Positions 30,039 through 40,263 of a stretch of 64,000 nucleotides of DNA are shown here, one piece after another (position 1 is the first letter of the stretch; every line of letters begins with the position of its first letter). The DNA is from a virus. Both the position numbers and the translations under genes were made by a program. Where the stretch lies: IMG/VR virus record IMGVR_UViG_3300024262_000018, positions 1-64,000 of that record; one strand, given 5' to 3'. Below the pieces are notes generated by a model. It ran no database searches. It saw only the letters and a program-made list of their open reading frames with translations, and was not told the origin of the DNA.

Positions 30039-30458
30039 TTATCTGTCATAAGAGAGATCATCCATAGACTGCTGAACTTCATCTATATTGCTATCGGAAT
30101 TATCCTCGTCAGGATCGCTCATCATTTTTATTTCTTCGCTACGATGGATTCTTTCTCTTTTCTTTTTTTGCTCTTTTTTAATCTCTTTATCTTCTTTATC
30201 TTCTTTATCTTCTTTATCTTCTGGCCCTACAGCCAAAGCATCATCTACTCCAGGCATCATAGGGGATTGCATTTCTGGTAGCAAAGGCATACCTTGAGCC
30301 GCAACATACATATCTTGTGTCCCAGGTTGTTGAGAAACGCCCCGTTGATCTTTTCTCTTATATTGAACACCTAAATTGTTTATCATATTAGAATTGCAAT
30401 TAGGGCATTTGGTCGAGCCTGGAGCGACTCTAGAGTTGCAAACAGAGCAAACCTCCAT
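30039..30458 (-). CDS. Zn-ribbon/acidic protein; possibly the -1 frameshift extension of 30533..32146
   Basis: CSVC...CPNC; frame open upstream to the A10 run at 30538-30547; no SD. Confidence 0.6.
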   Translation of the reverse strand: MEVCSVCNSRVAPGSTKCPNCNSNMINNLGVQYKRKDQRGVSQQPGTQDMYVAAQGMPLLPEMQSPMMPGVDDALAVGPEDKEDKEDKEDKEIKKEQKKKRERIHRSEEIKMMSDPDEDNSDSNIDEVQQSMDDLSYDR

Positions 30459-30532
30459 TGTTGTAATAGGATCGCCCTCAAGCCATTTACCGCCTTTAGG
30501 AGCCCTATCTTTAGCCGGGAGATCAGCGACTA

Positions 30533-32146
30533 CTATCTTTTTTTTTTAGAAGATGCCGTTAAGGGCGGTTCGTCAGCATCATACAGCTTCTCTACTTCAG
30601 CGTCTATATCTTCGCCGACTTTCCTAATCGCAGCTTGCCATATCTGCTTATCGAGGTCCATAGGCTTGCGATAGGAAGGCTCTATAGCTCCTGGACGCCC
30701 ATATTCCTCATCAAAATCTTCTTTTGCGTATCCTCCGATAGTAAACATAATATCTTCAGGACTAAATTTCCCCTCATTTACATATGAGGCGGCAATAATA
30801 GAAGAATCAGAGCCTGCTTTGGCAGCTTCTTGAGCTAAGTGTTGTATATCCTCATAATACTCGTTTGCGTAATTTTGTGTTTGGAATTGAGCCAGTTTCT
30901 CTTTTTTCTTTTTAGATTGTGCTTCTTTCCAATTAAAAGGCTTGCCTTCGGTTACAGGTTCATACCCACGAGCCTTACCTTCTTTTTCCCTCATAGCTTC
31001 TAAACGCGCTTCCGTGCTACGAGTTTCTGGTAAATAGGCTTTTCTTTTTTGGCCAGGAAGAAGTTGTAGATTATTTCCTTCCGGAATCCACTTATCGACC
31101 TCAAAGCGTTTTTGAATATATCCGCCAATCCATTCGCCTGTTTTCGTATCTCTGTAGGGTTTGGAATACTTATCCATGATCGTTCCGCGCCAAATAGCTT
31201 CCCAGTCGATATTCCAAACATCATCAACAACAAGACCGAAGCCTTTGTTTCTTTCTGTTATATGCCAATCTGAAATAGGTTGACGCAGGAAGGCATCAAA
31301 TCTCTTCTCAGATGGGCCATACATCATAACATTTTCAGTAGTTTTGGCTTGAGCCTGCTTCTTAAGGTTAAAAGTAGAACTTTTATTTTTCTTAGAGTCA
31401 TTCTCTGCTAATTTTTTAATACTGTCTGTTACATTATTTATAAAAGATACAACGCTATAAGGGGCATTTTCGATAACCCCTGACTGTGCAGTTTCTGCCT
31501 TTACAGAAGGATTCAAATGTTCCCAAATAGGAAGAACCATTTCTATTTGTTTCGTTCTCGGGTCATCAACCAGATCCCAATCAGTCTCATAATACGTTTT
31601 TAAAATCTCATCTAATGTGCTACCGATTTCAGTTGGAACATTTTCTAGAATTTGAGATCTAGCTGTTACATAGTCTGAAATATCTAAGAAATTATCTATA
31701 AGAGCATCTACACTAGATAATTGTAGATCAGCCAAAGACATGTCAATGTCTTCTGTTGGTTCTTCAATATAATCTGTAGGAGTATCAAAATCGTCCATAG
31801 GAGTTTCTAGTCCCTCCTCTGGAGATATCATTTGCTGAGCTTTTTTTAGGTTAAAGGGTTTCATATTAGCCTCTATCTTTGTTTTAATACCTTGTAATTG
31901 AGTCATTTCGTTCAATTGTTTAGTATATTCTTGTCCTGTCAGTTCTGTTATATTTGCCATCGCCTTCTGATTTTCATCAGCCGTATTATTAATCTCTTCC
32001 AGCCATGCATGGGACTGCTCTGGGTCGTTTAATAATTTAATATTATCAGGAACTTGAATGCCTTGAGCGGCCAAATCAAGAATCTCTGCTTGAATCGCCT
32101 CCAACTGGTCTAGCGTTCCTTGATTTTGATTTTGTGCTTTTTTCAT
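30533..32146 (-). CDS. probable head/internal virion protein
   Basis: repeated FNLKKAQ-type motifs; WRGTIMDKY...WIGGYIQKRFEV core. Confidence 0.7.
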   Translation of the reverse strand: MKKAQNQNQGTLDQLEAIQAEILDLAAQGIQVPDNIKLLNDPEQSHAWLEEINNTADENQKAMANITELTGQEYTKQLNEMTQLQGIKTKIEANMKPFNLKKAQQMISPEEGLETPMDDFDTPTDYIEEPTEDIDMSLADLQLSSVDALIDNFLDISDYVTARSQILENVPTEIGSTLDEILKTYYETDWDLVDDPRTKQIEMVLPIWEHLNPSVKAETAQSGVIENAPYSVVSFINNVTDSIKKLAENDSKKNKSSTFNLKKQAQAKTTENVMMYGPSEKRFDAFLRQPISDWHITERNKGFGLVVDDVWNIDWEAIWRGTIMDKYSKPYRDTKTGEWIGGYIQKRFEVDKWIPEGNNLQLLPGQKRKAYLPETRSTEARLEAMREKEGKARGYEPVTEGKPFNWKEAQSKKKKEKLAQFQTQNYANEYYEDIQHLAQEAAKAGSDSSIIAASYVNEGKFSPEDIMFTIGGYAKEDFDEEYGRPGAIEPSYRKPMDLDKQIWQAAIRKVGEDIDAEVEKLYDADEPPLTASSKKKR

Positions 32147-32809
32147 TTATTTACTATCTTTCATTAAATCATTAAATAGTCTGTTTACAACGTCTTTACT
32201 CTTAAATGTTCCTTTGTTATTTCTCCAACTGGTATCCGCTTCTTTTTCTGCTCTGACATTATCTGCCATTATTTCGCCTGCCGTTTTTTCTGGCATATTA
32301 TCAAAGACATTACTATCGAAAATACTTAAATTATTACTGACAGGTTTTCTATAATTTACAGATTCCCTCTCGCTAAGACTGCTTACATCTGAAGCCTTTC
32401 TTGTATCTGTCTGCGATAAAGCTTCCGTCATATTGTCTAACGATTCTTGACGAACACTTTTTCTCATAGCCTGTCTATTTTCTTTCTCCGCATCTGTTTT
32501 TTCTTTATTACTTAGTGTCCCTGACAATTTCTCTACGACATCTGTATCCCAAATGCTATTTTGAGTTTCTGATCCAATATATTTTCTAGGTCCACCTTCG
32601 TCTCTAATAGACCCACCACCTGCATTTAATACAGAATTTGCCGACCTAACAGAATTAATAACTTCTGAATTATCCAATTTTTTAGATTTTTGGTCTTCAA
32701 AAGTGTTTGTGTTTTTTGGTAAATTACCTTTAGCGGCTTCAACAGGAGCTACATCAGTTTCTTTTTTTGTAAACTGTATTTTTCCTTGATCTGACATTTT
32801 TTGTATCAT
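32147..32809 (-). CDS. hypothetical (head module)
   Basis: 220-aa ORF in operon. Confidence 0.7.
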   Translation of the reverse strand: MIQKMSDQGKIQFTKKETDVAPVEAAKGNLPKNTNTFEDQKSKKLDNSEVINSVRSANSVLNAGGGSIRDEGGPRKYIGSETQNSIWDTDVVEKLSGTLSNKEKTDAEKENRQAMRKSVRQESLDNMTEALSQTDTRKASDVSSLSERESVNYRKPVSNNLSIFDSNVFDNMPEKTAGEIMADNVRAEKEADTSWRNNKGTFKSKDVVNRLFNDLMKDSK

Positions 32810-32814
32810 TATTA

Positions 32815-33465
32815 TTATTTTCCCTTCAAAATAGAAAGCATTGTCTGAAAAAGATCTTCTTTATTATGCTTTAGAAGTTCATTTATCGTTGAGGCTTTCT
32901 TATTCTTTTTTTGTTTGGATGGACCTTCTCCACCACCATATACATCGTCTAAAACATCTCCTGCCATAACCTCTTCTTCGTTCTCATCTTTTTGAGTTTG
33001 AGAAGTAAAATTCATTTTCAAATTTTTATCTTTTCTCTCGGCATCAACAAAATTTAGCTGGAACTGGTCTTGCATCTCTTTTACTATAGAAGCTACATCT
33101 TTATCTGCTAGTCTTTTTCTTTTTGCATAGTACCTATCAGGTAAAGTTATAGAAAGTTCGCGAATACCACCTGGATAAAGTTTTTCATCCACAAACTTAT
33201 TCTCAAACTGTTCTAGACGACGAGGTGGATACCCAAAGCTCTCTAATTTCTTAAAGATATATTCGGTGATATCTGGTGAAGAACCCCCATCGTTGTCCTC
33301 TTTATTATCAAAAAGACCTTTAGGTAGAAAAGAACCGGACGCATCATCTGTCGATGACATCGGCTTATCCATGTTCATATTCTCTAATTGGGGATTAAAT
33401 GCTGGTTGCTGACCGAAAGCCTGAGCAACCATCAATTTTCTTGTCCCGCTAGGTACAATAGCCAT
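32815..33465 (-). CDS. hypothetical (head module)
   Basis: 216 aa, SD AAGGAG. Confidence 0.75.
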   Translation of the reverse strand: MAIVPSGTRKLMVAQAFGQQPAFNPQLENMNMDKPMSSTDDASGSFLPKGLFDNKEDNDGGSSPDITEYIFKKLESFGYPPRRLEQFENKFVDEKLYPGGIRELSITLPDRYYAKRKRLADKDVASIVKEMQDQFQLNFVDAERKDKNLKMNFTSQTQKDENEEEVMAGDVLDDVYGGGEGPSKQKKNKKASTINELLKHNKEDLFQTMLSILKGK

Positions 33466-33496
33466 ATCCAGCTCCTTATTATTCTATAAAATCAGC

Positions 33497-34009
33497 TTAC
33501 TGATCAGTCAACATAGCTTCAACGAACTCTGCCGGATACAGGTTGCTCCAGTAAGACTTCAACATCGTCCTTGTTTTGGCATCTAGCTTAGCGACCTTAA
33601 CATAGACTGGGGAAGTTTTAGCCTCTGTTTTCTTGTTCTCACAAGTAACAGCAGAAGGCTTTACACTTTCACCCTTCTGATGATTAGGCTCGCCCTTAAG
33701 CTGACCGCTTGTAGCAGCTTCGCCAGCCGAACCTTTTGCTTTAGTAGCAGTTGGTTTGGCCTTCTTTTCTTCTGCCTCTTCCTCTTCCGTCTCTTCTGCT
33801 ACTTTTACAGTCTTTTTGCCTGACGCCTCTACAGTTTCGTCTTCGACTTCTTCAACGTCATCGTCAGTTTCGTCGTCAGCATCTTCGATGGCGGCGGTTT
33901 TAACGACCTCATCTTTAGCAGCGGTTTTACTCATCTTCTCGTTAACGAGATCAGCAAAACTCTTTCCTTTTCCTACTTTAACTGTGTTTGTCATAAACTT
34001 AATAGCCAT
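33497..34009 (-). CDS. acidic scaffold-like/internal head protein
   Basis: KTA/KVA motifs, acidic tracts, C-terminal YWSNLYPAEFVEAM; SD AAGGAG. Confidence 0.7.
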   Translation of the reverse strand: MAIKFMTNTVKVGKGKSFADLVNEKMSKTAAKDEVVKTAAIEDADDETDDDVEEVEDETVEASGKKTVKVAEETEEEEAEEKKAKPTATKAKGSAGEAATSGQLKGEPNHQKGESVKPSAVTCENKKTEAKTSPVYVKVAKLDAKTRTMLKSYWSNLYPAEFVEAMLTDQ

Positions 34010-34107
34010 TCTTTAACTCCTTATGTATTTTTTGAAATACAGTCCTATTCTAAGTAATAATATATTCTTATCGAAAATCCTTTTATTTTTATTTATTTAT
34101 TCCGAAA

Positions 34108-35730
34108 TTATTGTGGGGTTCCTATTATTCCGCTGCCGGGAACCGCTTCTCCTGCCGCCCCTTGTTGATCATAATATCCCATCATTGGCTTTTTGCTCTG
34201 AACTTTTGCTTGAGCGGCCTCAATCTGAGCCATAACTCCTTCTATCGATTGGACCATTTGGTGAACTTTTCTAATAGCGTTGACTTTGCTCATAAATGAT
34301 TTTTTTAAGTTGTCAGGCAAACTATTAGACATTTTTAATGCTTTATTGGCAAAAGCGTCTAATAATTGTATAGCCTGGTCCATTCCCATTTGTTCCTCTG
34401 CTTGAGGGGCAGGTTGCGCTGCCGCTGGTTGTAAGCCTAGCACTGATTCGAAAGCAGTGCTAAACCATTGATTAAATTTGGGACCAAATTTATTCGCAAC
34501 AGCAGCCATAATTTGAGGAACCATCTGCGGGCTTATCTCAGGAAGAGTTTGTTGTGGAGTTTGTTGTGGATCTTGTTGGACTGCACCTACTTGAGACATT
34601 TTATAATTTTTAAGATTATAAGATGCTGATCTGGCTGGCTGTAGTGTACTTATGAACCACTGTCTTGCGGCTGCAAGGCCGTCAGGATTGCTCATAATAT
34701 TATTAACAATCTCAGATAGCTTAGACTCGTCAGCAGATTGGATTACTTCCATGATATCCTGCTGTTGCCCTTGTTGCCCAGGCTGTTGTTCTGTTTGCTG
34801 TTGAGTCTCTTCTTCTGCTTTTTGTTCAACCAAGCCTTCTTGCTGCAATAAGGCATCTAAAGCAGCCGTTGCTTGAGTAGCAATTTGAACTGCTTGATTC
34901 GCTTCCTTAACCGTTAAGAAAGCATTACGGAATGTAAGTAAAGATTTTTCGGCCTGCGTAACGAATGGTCTGATAGCCCGCGAGCCAAGACCGCTCCATT
35001 GCTGTAATTTATTTAGATTATTTACGATACTCTGAAAGAGATTTCCAATATTTCTGGTTTGCTTTAAGGCTTCTTGAGGATTGCTAATAACTTCTTGTAG
35101 ACGTTGTTTAATTAAATTTGCATCTTCCTTAAAGATATTTAAACTTTGCTTATAAAACTCATTTTTCCCCATAAGACCGCCCCAAAAACCAGCCTCTTTA
35201 ATAAGATTATGCGAAATAATCAGCAACTCATTAGATGCTTTTTTATCCATCTTTACTAATTTGGCGGATATTTTTAGAAGATCATCTGCTTTTTCGATCA
35301 AAGCGGTCGTTAACTTATAGCGTTCATTCGCGTCTATAGTAGAAAAAGCTTCAGTAACTGTCGCTCCAGATTTAACCAAATCAACTATTTTATCTGATAA
35401 TTCTTTATTTGCGGTTTTAACTATTGGAGTATCTATATCTGCGTATTTATCCCAACTGCTATCATTATCGTTAATAGACTTATTATACTCTTCCCAGCAA
35501 GAAAGAACGATATCTTGAGCAGACGTACCAGGCTTTTTAACCCTATTTTCACGGTAACATTTTTCCCAACAACGGGAGTTACGAATAGCGTACCCAAGCC
35601 CGCCTTCAAATTGGGCTTTGACAATTTTGTTTATAGACTTAGCAGTCTTATCTATCTGATCTGCATATGATTCCAGGCCAGACTTGTCTAATCTTTCAGA
35701 TAAATTAGCTAGAGCTTTAATTGTTTCCAT
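34108..35730 (-). CDS. Gln-rich probable internal head protein
   Basis: LANLSERLDKSGL..YADQID, IVKAQ, LIKEAG motifs. Confidence 0.7.
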   Translation of the reverse strand: METIKALANLSERLDKSGLESYADQIDKTAKSINKIVKAQFEGGLGYAIRNSRCWEKCYRENRVKKPGTSAQDIVLSCWEEYNKSINDNDSSWDKYADIDTPIVKTANKELSDKIVDLVKSGATVTEAFSTIDANERYKLTTALIEKADDLLKISAKLVKMDKKASNELLIISHNLIKEAGFWGGLMGKNEFYKQSLNIFKEDANLIKQRLQEVISNPQEALKQTRNIGNLFQSIVNNLNKLQQWSGLGSRAIRPFVTQAEKSLLTFRNAFLTVKEANQAVQIATQATAALDALLQQEGLVEQKAEEETQQQTEQQPGQQGQQQDIMEVIQSADESKLSEIVNNIMSNPDGLAAARQWFISTLQPARSASYNLKNYKMSQVGAVQQDPQQTPQQTLPEISPQMVPQIMAAVANKFGPKFNQWFSTAFESVLGLQPAAAQPAPQAEEQMGMDQAIQLLDAFANKALKMSNSLPDNLKKSFMSKVNAIRKVHQMVQSIEGVMAQIEAAQAKVQSKKPMMGYYDQQGAAGEAVPGSGIIGTPQ

Positions 35731-35743
35731 TGGACAGTCCTTA

Positions 35744-36337
35744 TTAAATATATTTATTTCTTAACTTTCTATTTTTTCTACGTCTTAACCTTCTTTTCAA
35801 ATTTTTTCTTCCTTTAGAAAAATTAAATTTGGGCGAAAATTTTTCACCAGTGAACTTATATCCATCCGGAAAATTAGCATCGTGTGTTATATTTTCTAAG
35901 ATATATGTTCTTATTCCTCCAATAGTTTGATCCCAAACTGCAATATTTCTTCTATGGGTAGTCTTCGCATAAAAATCTCCATGTGGCTCGACATCTCTTA
36001 TAATATTAGTTCCATGTAATGTTCTATAATTAATTCTTATTGTTTCATTATTCTGTTTTGCCCAGCGTATTGCTTGGAACAGTGTTCCGAATTCAGGATA
36101 TCCTTCAGGTTCTATGGCGGTCGGATCTTCATTAAGAGTTTCATCTTCCTCTATTTCATTTTCCTGCATCTCCTCCAGATTCTCTGGAGTAATTGTCATT
36201 AATTCTTCATTCATTGTCTCATCTAATTCGTTATTGATATCTAACATATCATCATAAGTATCATCTAAATTAAAATAATTCTCTACCTGTTGAGAGATGA
36301 TAAATTTATTCAAATTTTTACTTATAATTTTTTTCAT
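35744..36337 (-). CDS. WYL-domain protein with acidic N-terminus
   Basis: IRINYRTLHG...RDVEPH...WDQTIGGIRTYILENI. Confidence 0.7.
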   Translation of the reverse strand: MKKIISKNLNKFIISQQVENYFNLDDTYDDMLDINNELDETMNEELMTITPENLEEMQENEIEEDETLNEDPTAIEPEGYPEFGTLFQAIRWAKQNNETIRINYRTLHGTNIIRDVEPHGDFYAKTTHRRNIAVWDQTIGGIRTYILENITHDANFPDGYKFTGEKFSPKFNFSKGRKNLKRRLRRRKNRKLRNKYI

Positions 36338-36692
36338 TTTTTATAAACTTAACTGAAAAATTACCATCATCTTCCTTTAATTCTATGACATCTCCAACTT
36401 TTATTTCATTATCTCTGAAAAAACCATCATTAGCTTCAATTGCGATAACGGACTTATCATCGCTAGAAACTCCGGAGAAAGACATCTTTTTTATTCTATC
36501 AATTTTTATTATTCTATTATTTTCATTAACAAATGCTATATCTAAAGGAATATAAGTATTCATCCCCCAAAACTTTAAAACTTGAGGGTTATCAAATTTA
36601 AAAAGCATACCAGCATTCTTGGGCAAATGTTCTCTAAACATTAGCCCTTGTCGCCACAAATCAGGAGTATCCGCTATCTCTACATATAACAT
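36318..36692 (-). CDS. DUF192 family protein
   Basis: VEIADTP..RQGLMFR...GMLF...FWGMNTYIPLDIAFV. Confidence 0.9.
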   Translation of the reverse strand: MLYVEIADTPDLWRQGLMFREHLPKNAGMLFKFDNPQVLKFWGMNTYIPLDIAFVNENNRIIKIDRIKKMSFSGVSSDDKSVIAIEANDGFFRDNEIKVGDVIELKEDDGNFSVKFIKNEKNYK

Positions 36693-37198
36693 TATATTAT
36701 CTCATAAACCAAACGGTCATCATTTAACGAATCACAAAAACTCTGTATATCATTTCTTTTACCTTCAAAAATTATATTATCTTCAAAATCTTCTCTAATC
36801 TCTACTGATGAGTTATTATAATTTTTATAAGTGTCAAACCACTTATTAAGATTAATAATTGTCGGGTTATCGAACTTACCTCTCACCACTTCTGGATACA
36901 ATCTATATTTTGTTAAAACATTGCAATTATCATTTATTATTTTTTTAGATTGATAGTCAGAAATCCATTTTCTGTTTTTTGCGTTATGTTCTCGAACAAT
37001 TTTAACAGCATCATCTATAGATAGCGGGCCATCATCTGTCTCTATATACTCTTCTTTTCTAACAATAAATTTTAAGCCTATTCCCTCAAAAGTTAATAAA
37101 GATTTATAAAATGGATCATACCAAGTTATATCATCTTTATTCTTTTTGGGTTTTATAGGCTTTTGTTTATGTACTAAAATAAGAACCTTATTTTCCAT
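36692..37198 (-). CDS. hypothetical protein
   Basis: coupled ORF. Confidence 0.7.
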   Translation of the reverse strand: MENKVLILVHKQKPIKPKKNKDDITWYDPFYKSLLTFEGIGLKFIVRKEEYIETDDGPLSIDDAVKIVREHNAKNRKWISDYQSKKIINDNCNVLTKYRLYPEVVRGKFDNPTIINLNKWFDTYKNYNNSSVEIREDFEDNIIFEGKRNDIQSFCDSLNDDRLVYEII

Positions 37199-37613
37199 CT
37201 ATATTTTTCCACCACAGGTTGTCTGTTTTTTTATTTTTCTTTTTTAACCGTTTTGTATTCTTAGAAGCAGTTGTATAATCCAGATCTCTGCCGTCTTCAT
37301 ACGAAGACCGATCATCTCCCAATATCATAGTTTTTATGATATTAGAGCCCTTATTTGTTATTTTGAAGCCATTAGCAGCACGCTGCATGAGCCCATATGA
37401 AATGAGACTATCGAGGTCACCTTGAGAGATATTTTTTGGTTGTTTATAAACTTTATTACCAATTTTATTATTCGGATTTTTCCAAATATTATATAGAACC
37501 TGAACGGATTTCGGGTCTAGAATGTCGTTTCTGGGTTTAAAATCTTGAGGCAAGATTTTAGTTAAAAAATCTACTAATGAAAATTGTGTAAACTTGCGCA
37601 TGATTATCTCCAA
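37188..37613 (-). CDS. hypothetical protein, possible winged-helix
   Basis: LISYGLMQ...FKITNKG. Confidence 0.6.
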   Translation of the reverse strand: MEIIMRKFTQFSLVDFLTKILPQDFKPRNDILDPKSVQVLYNIWKNPNNKIGNKVYKQPKNISQGDLDSLISYGLMQRAANGFKITNKGSNIIKTMILGDDRSSYEDGRDLDYTTASKNTKRLKKKNKKTDNLWWKNIDGK

Positions 37614-38416
37614 GTCCCAGGATTTAATTGAGGATACGGACTATCCTCATACCTATCCTTCCAAGAAAAAGGTTCATTTCTTAATTCTCTCCAATAAAAG
37701 CCTTCTCCGACTTTACCGGATTTGTTATAAGTATCATACCCCATCAAATATCTCTGTTGCATCCTCTTATCTCTGTCTCTTCCATAAGTTTCTCCAGAAA
37801 CCTCATCCCAATTAAAAACGCGTTCTTCCATAGGGAGGTCTAAGTTCCCCCACGGCCCCTGAATTCCCTTTGCAACTTTAATTACAACATTATCAATCTT
37901 ATCTTTTCCATCTAATAGTAGAGAGAGAAGAGACGCAATATATTCTATTTTTTTATTTGATCTATAAATCCAATCTAGAGCTATTCTATAATTCGATATA
38001 CAATTCATTATCTCATACGAAAAATGTAATATATCTTTGTCAAAAACTTTTCTAAAGATAGAGCAGATATCGTGTTTCTTTATAAATTCCTTATAATCTT
38101 GACAATAATCCAATAATTTTATAAGATCCCAAATGCCGTATAATGCATCTATGGCGATGTTCAAGTTTTTATCGTTGATAACTACGCTATTCCCCATCGA
38201 CACGGGTTTATTAAAGTTTAATAAGTTTGCTACTTCTAGGAGTAGATGTCTAATTATTTTAGTATTAGAGATATGATCTTTTTTTAATAGATATATCTTG
38301 CTGGTTATCTTAGACTTGAATTTCCGATTGCCAATAGAAAAAGAGCACTCGGTGTCGCCCATAACAGCAATACCATACTTATCAAGTTCTTTTATTAGCA
38401 ATTCCCTATTATTCAT
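37604..38416 (-). CDS. hypothetical protein
   Basis: 270 aa, coupled. Confidence 0.7.
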   Translation of the reverse strand: MNNRELLIKELDKYGIAVMGDTECSFSIGNRKFKSKITSKIYLLKKDHISNTKIIRHLLLEVANLLNFNKPVSMGNSVVINDKNLNIAIDALYGIWDLIKLLDYCQDYKEFIKKHDICSIFRKVFDKDILHFSYEIMNCISNYRIALDWIYRSNKKIEYIASLLSLLLDGKDKIDNVVIKVAKGIQGPWGNLDLPMEERVFNWDEVSGETYGRDRDKRMQQRYLMGYDTYNKSGKVGEGFYWRELRNEPFSWKDRYEDSPYPQLNPGTWR

Positions 38417-38985
38417 TTGCTCTCTCTCACAGCCACAGTAATATGAAACTCATGCCCCTTATCCTCATATGTTTCGGGTAATCCGTAATTTTTTCTAATT
38501 TTGACTAATTCGGGAATATCTACTGCAACGAACCAGACCCGGCTCATTTCGTCCCATCCTTGAGGATTGGTAGAGTATACCTCTTTAAAAGTAAAAGGTA
38601 TTTCTCTGCCAATTTCTTTTATTTTTTTTATCTTGTTATCCTCTATTTCGTCTTTCGTTATTGCGCTTATATGAGCCCCTATTCCATCTTTATCAAAATA
38701 GGGAGGCTTTTTTATATTAGCATCATCTAGCAAAGGAAATATTCCATCGATAAAATCATCATCGATTTTAACATAGACAAATCCATCGTCTTGTTGTTTT
38801 AAAACTCCAAACAGCTTGACCTCTTTATTCTGTTTACTAGCTTTTTTGATCTGCTCTTTTATTGACTGGGCCACCATCAGCTCAACGTAGCTTTTTGGTT
38901 CCAAGACCGTCCAATATCTTTTAAGAAACTTTTTATTTTTTGTTTCTTTTTTCTTTTTTTTATTTTTAGAAAATATTATTTTCAT
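38413..38985 (-). CDS. 2H phosphoesterase
   Basis: two Hx(S/T) motifs GAHISA and FHITVA about 75 aa apart. Confidence 0.8.
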   Translation of the reverse strand: MKIIFSKNKKKKKETKNKKFLKRYWTVLEPKSYVELMVAQSIKEQIKKASKQNKEVKLFGVLKQQDDGFVYVKIDDDFIDGIFPLLDDANIKKPPYFDKDGIGAHISAITKDEIEDNKIKKIKEIGREIPFTFKEVYSTNPQGWDEMSRVWFVAVDIPELVKIRKNYGLPETYEDKGHEFHITVAVRESK

Positions 38986-39783
38986 TTACTGTGTTTCTTT
39001 TAAGGGTAAACGTGACGATGCTCTTTCTCTATCTTGTTCCACATCTACAAATGAAAGATCTCCTTCATCAACTAGGCTTCCCTCATTAGATAAAAATTCA
39101 TCTCCGATCATATTAGATAAATCTCTCTTTTTCCCAATAGGTTTAAGCCTTTTAGACTTGCTGAATTTCTTTGTTGTAGGGCTATTTATCGTAGGTATTT
39201 TCTTTTTAAAACTCTTTTTTAAAGCATCAGTAGTTTTGTCAATTTCCTTTTCAAAATCCACGGCCTCATCTTTTGACGATGATTGGACGGTCATATCTAC
39301 ACCGTTTAGATCTGACAAAACCTTTTTCATACTATCTTCTTTATTAATCATCTCTCCGCTTTCGGGATTCCATGCAGACATATTAGTCTTTGGTTCATTT
39401 AGACGATTTTCTTCCAAATCTATAGCTATTTCCGCCTCGTCTACTTCTTCAGCCTCTGGCTCAACTTCTGTTATTTTTTCTACAACATCTTCTTCTTTTG
39501 CTATCTTTTTCTTTCTTCCGCGCTTTTTTTTAACAGTTTCTTTTACTTCTACTACTTTTTCCGCCATCTCTTCTTTTTCCATTTCTACTACTTCCTCTAC
39601 GACTTCCTCTACCGGGCTATCGATTATTAGCGTTCCAGACCGAATAGCCATTCTGATATGCGGATTTTTTAACTGGTCATCACTTAAATGAATTACACTG
39701 TTGCTTGTTAACATTTTATGCTCAAGCGTTGGTAGAGTAAGTTCGCCTCTTAAATCCCTGTTAACTTTAAATTTCGTAGACAT
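38986..39783 (-). CDS. hypothetical protein (N-terminal small module, Glu-rich body)
   Basis: SD AAGGAG. Confidence 0.7.
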   Translation of the reverse strand: MSTKFKVNRDLRGELTLPTLEHKMLTSNSVIHLSDDQLKNPHIRMAIRSGTLIIDSPVEEVVEEVVEMEKEEMAEKVVEVKETVKKKRGRKKKIAKEEDVVEKITEVEPEAEEVDEAEIAIDLEENRLNEPKTNMSAWNPESGEMINKEDSMKKVLSDLNGVDMTVQSSSKDEAVDFEKEIDKTTDALKKSFKKKIPTINSPTTKKFSKSKRLKPIGKKRDLSNMIGDEFLSNEGSLVDEGDLSFVDVEQDRERASSRLPLKETQ

Positions 39784-39792
39784 ATTTTCTCC

Positions 39793-40251
39793 TTAATTTC
39801 TAAGCCTTCTTCTTATCTTATCGAAAAAATCAACAGTTTTGTTTACAGTAGATTGATTAAAAGGACCGATTGCCGTATTATCTCTATCATCTTGAATTTG
39901 TCTTTGAGTCTCTTGTGGCCTACCGATTGGGCTATCCGTGTCATACAGTCCGTCTCCAGACTGCATAGCAGGCTTCTCGTCATTTTGATCTGGATCTTCG
40001 CCATCAAAATCACCATTCCATTTATTACGAGTCGCATATTCTGGTTTAATAGATGATGTGGGAGGTTGACTAGTAGTATAATAGTCTACACCATAACCGC
40101 TTGTAGAATTATCTCCGGGCTTATTTAACTCCAAATCTATTCCACCGTCATGCAAACGATATGGATCTTTAAGAGCCTCATCTAAATCGTTCATCATGGG
40201 AATATTTCCGCGAAAAGATAATTTTATTTTTTTATAAAAATTAGCCATCAC
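39793..40251 (-). CDS. hypothetical (head module)
   Basis: 152 aa. Confidence 0.7.
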   Translation of the reverse strand: MMANFYKKIKLSFRGNIPMMNDLDEALKDPYRLHDGGIDLELNKPGDNSTSGYGVDYYTTSQPPTSSIKPEYATRNKWNGDFDGEDPDQNDEKPAMQSGDGLYDTDSPIGRPQETQRQIQDDRDNTAIGPFNQSTVNKTVDFFDKIRRRLRN

Positions 40252-40263
40252 TAGCCTTTATGA

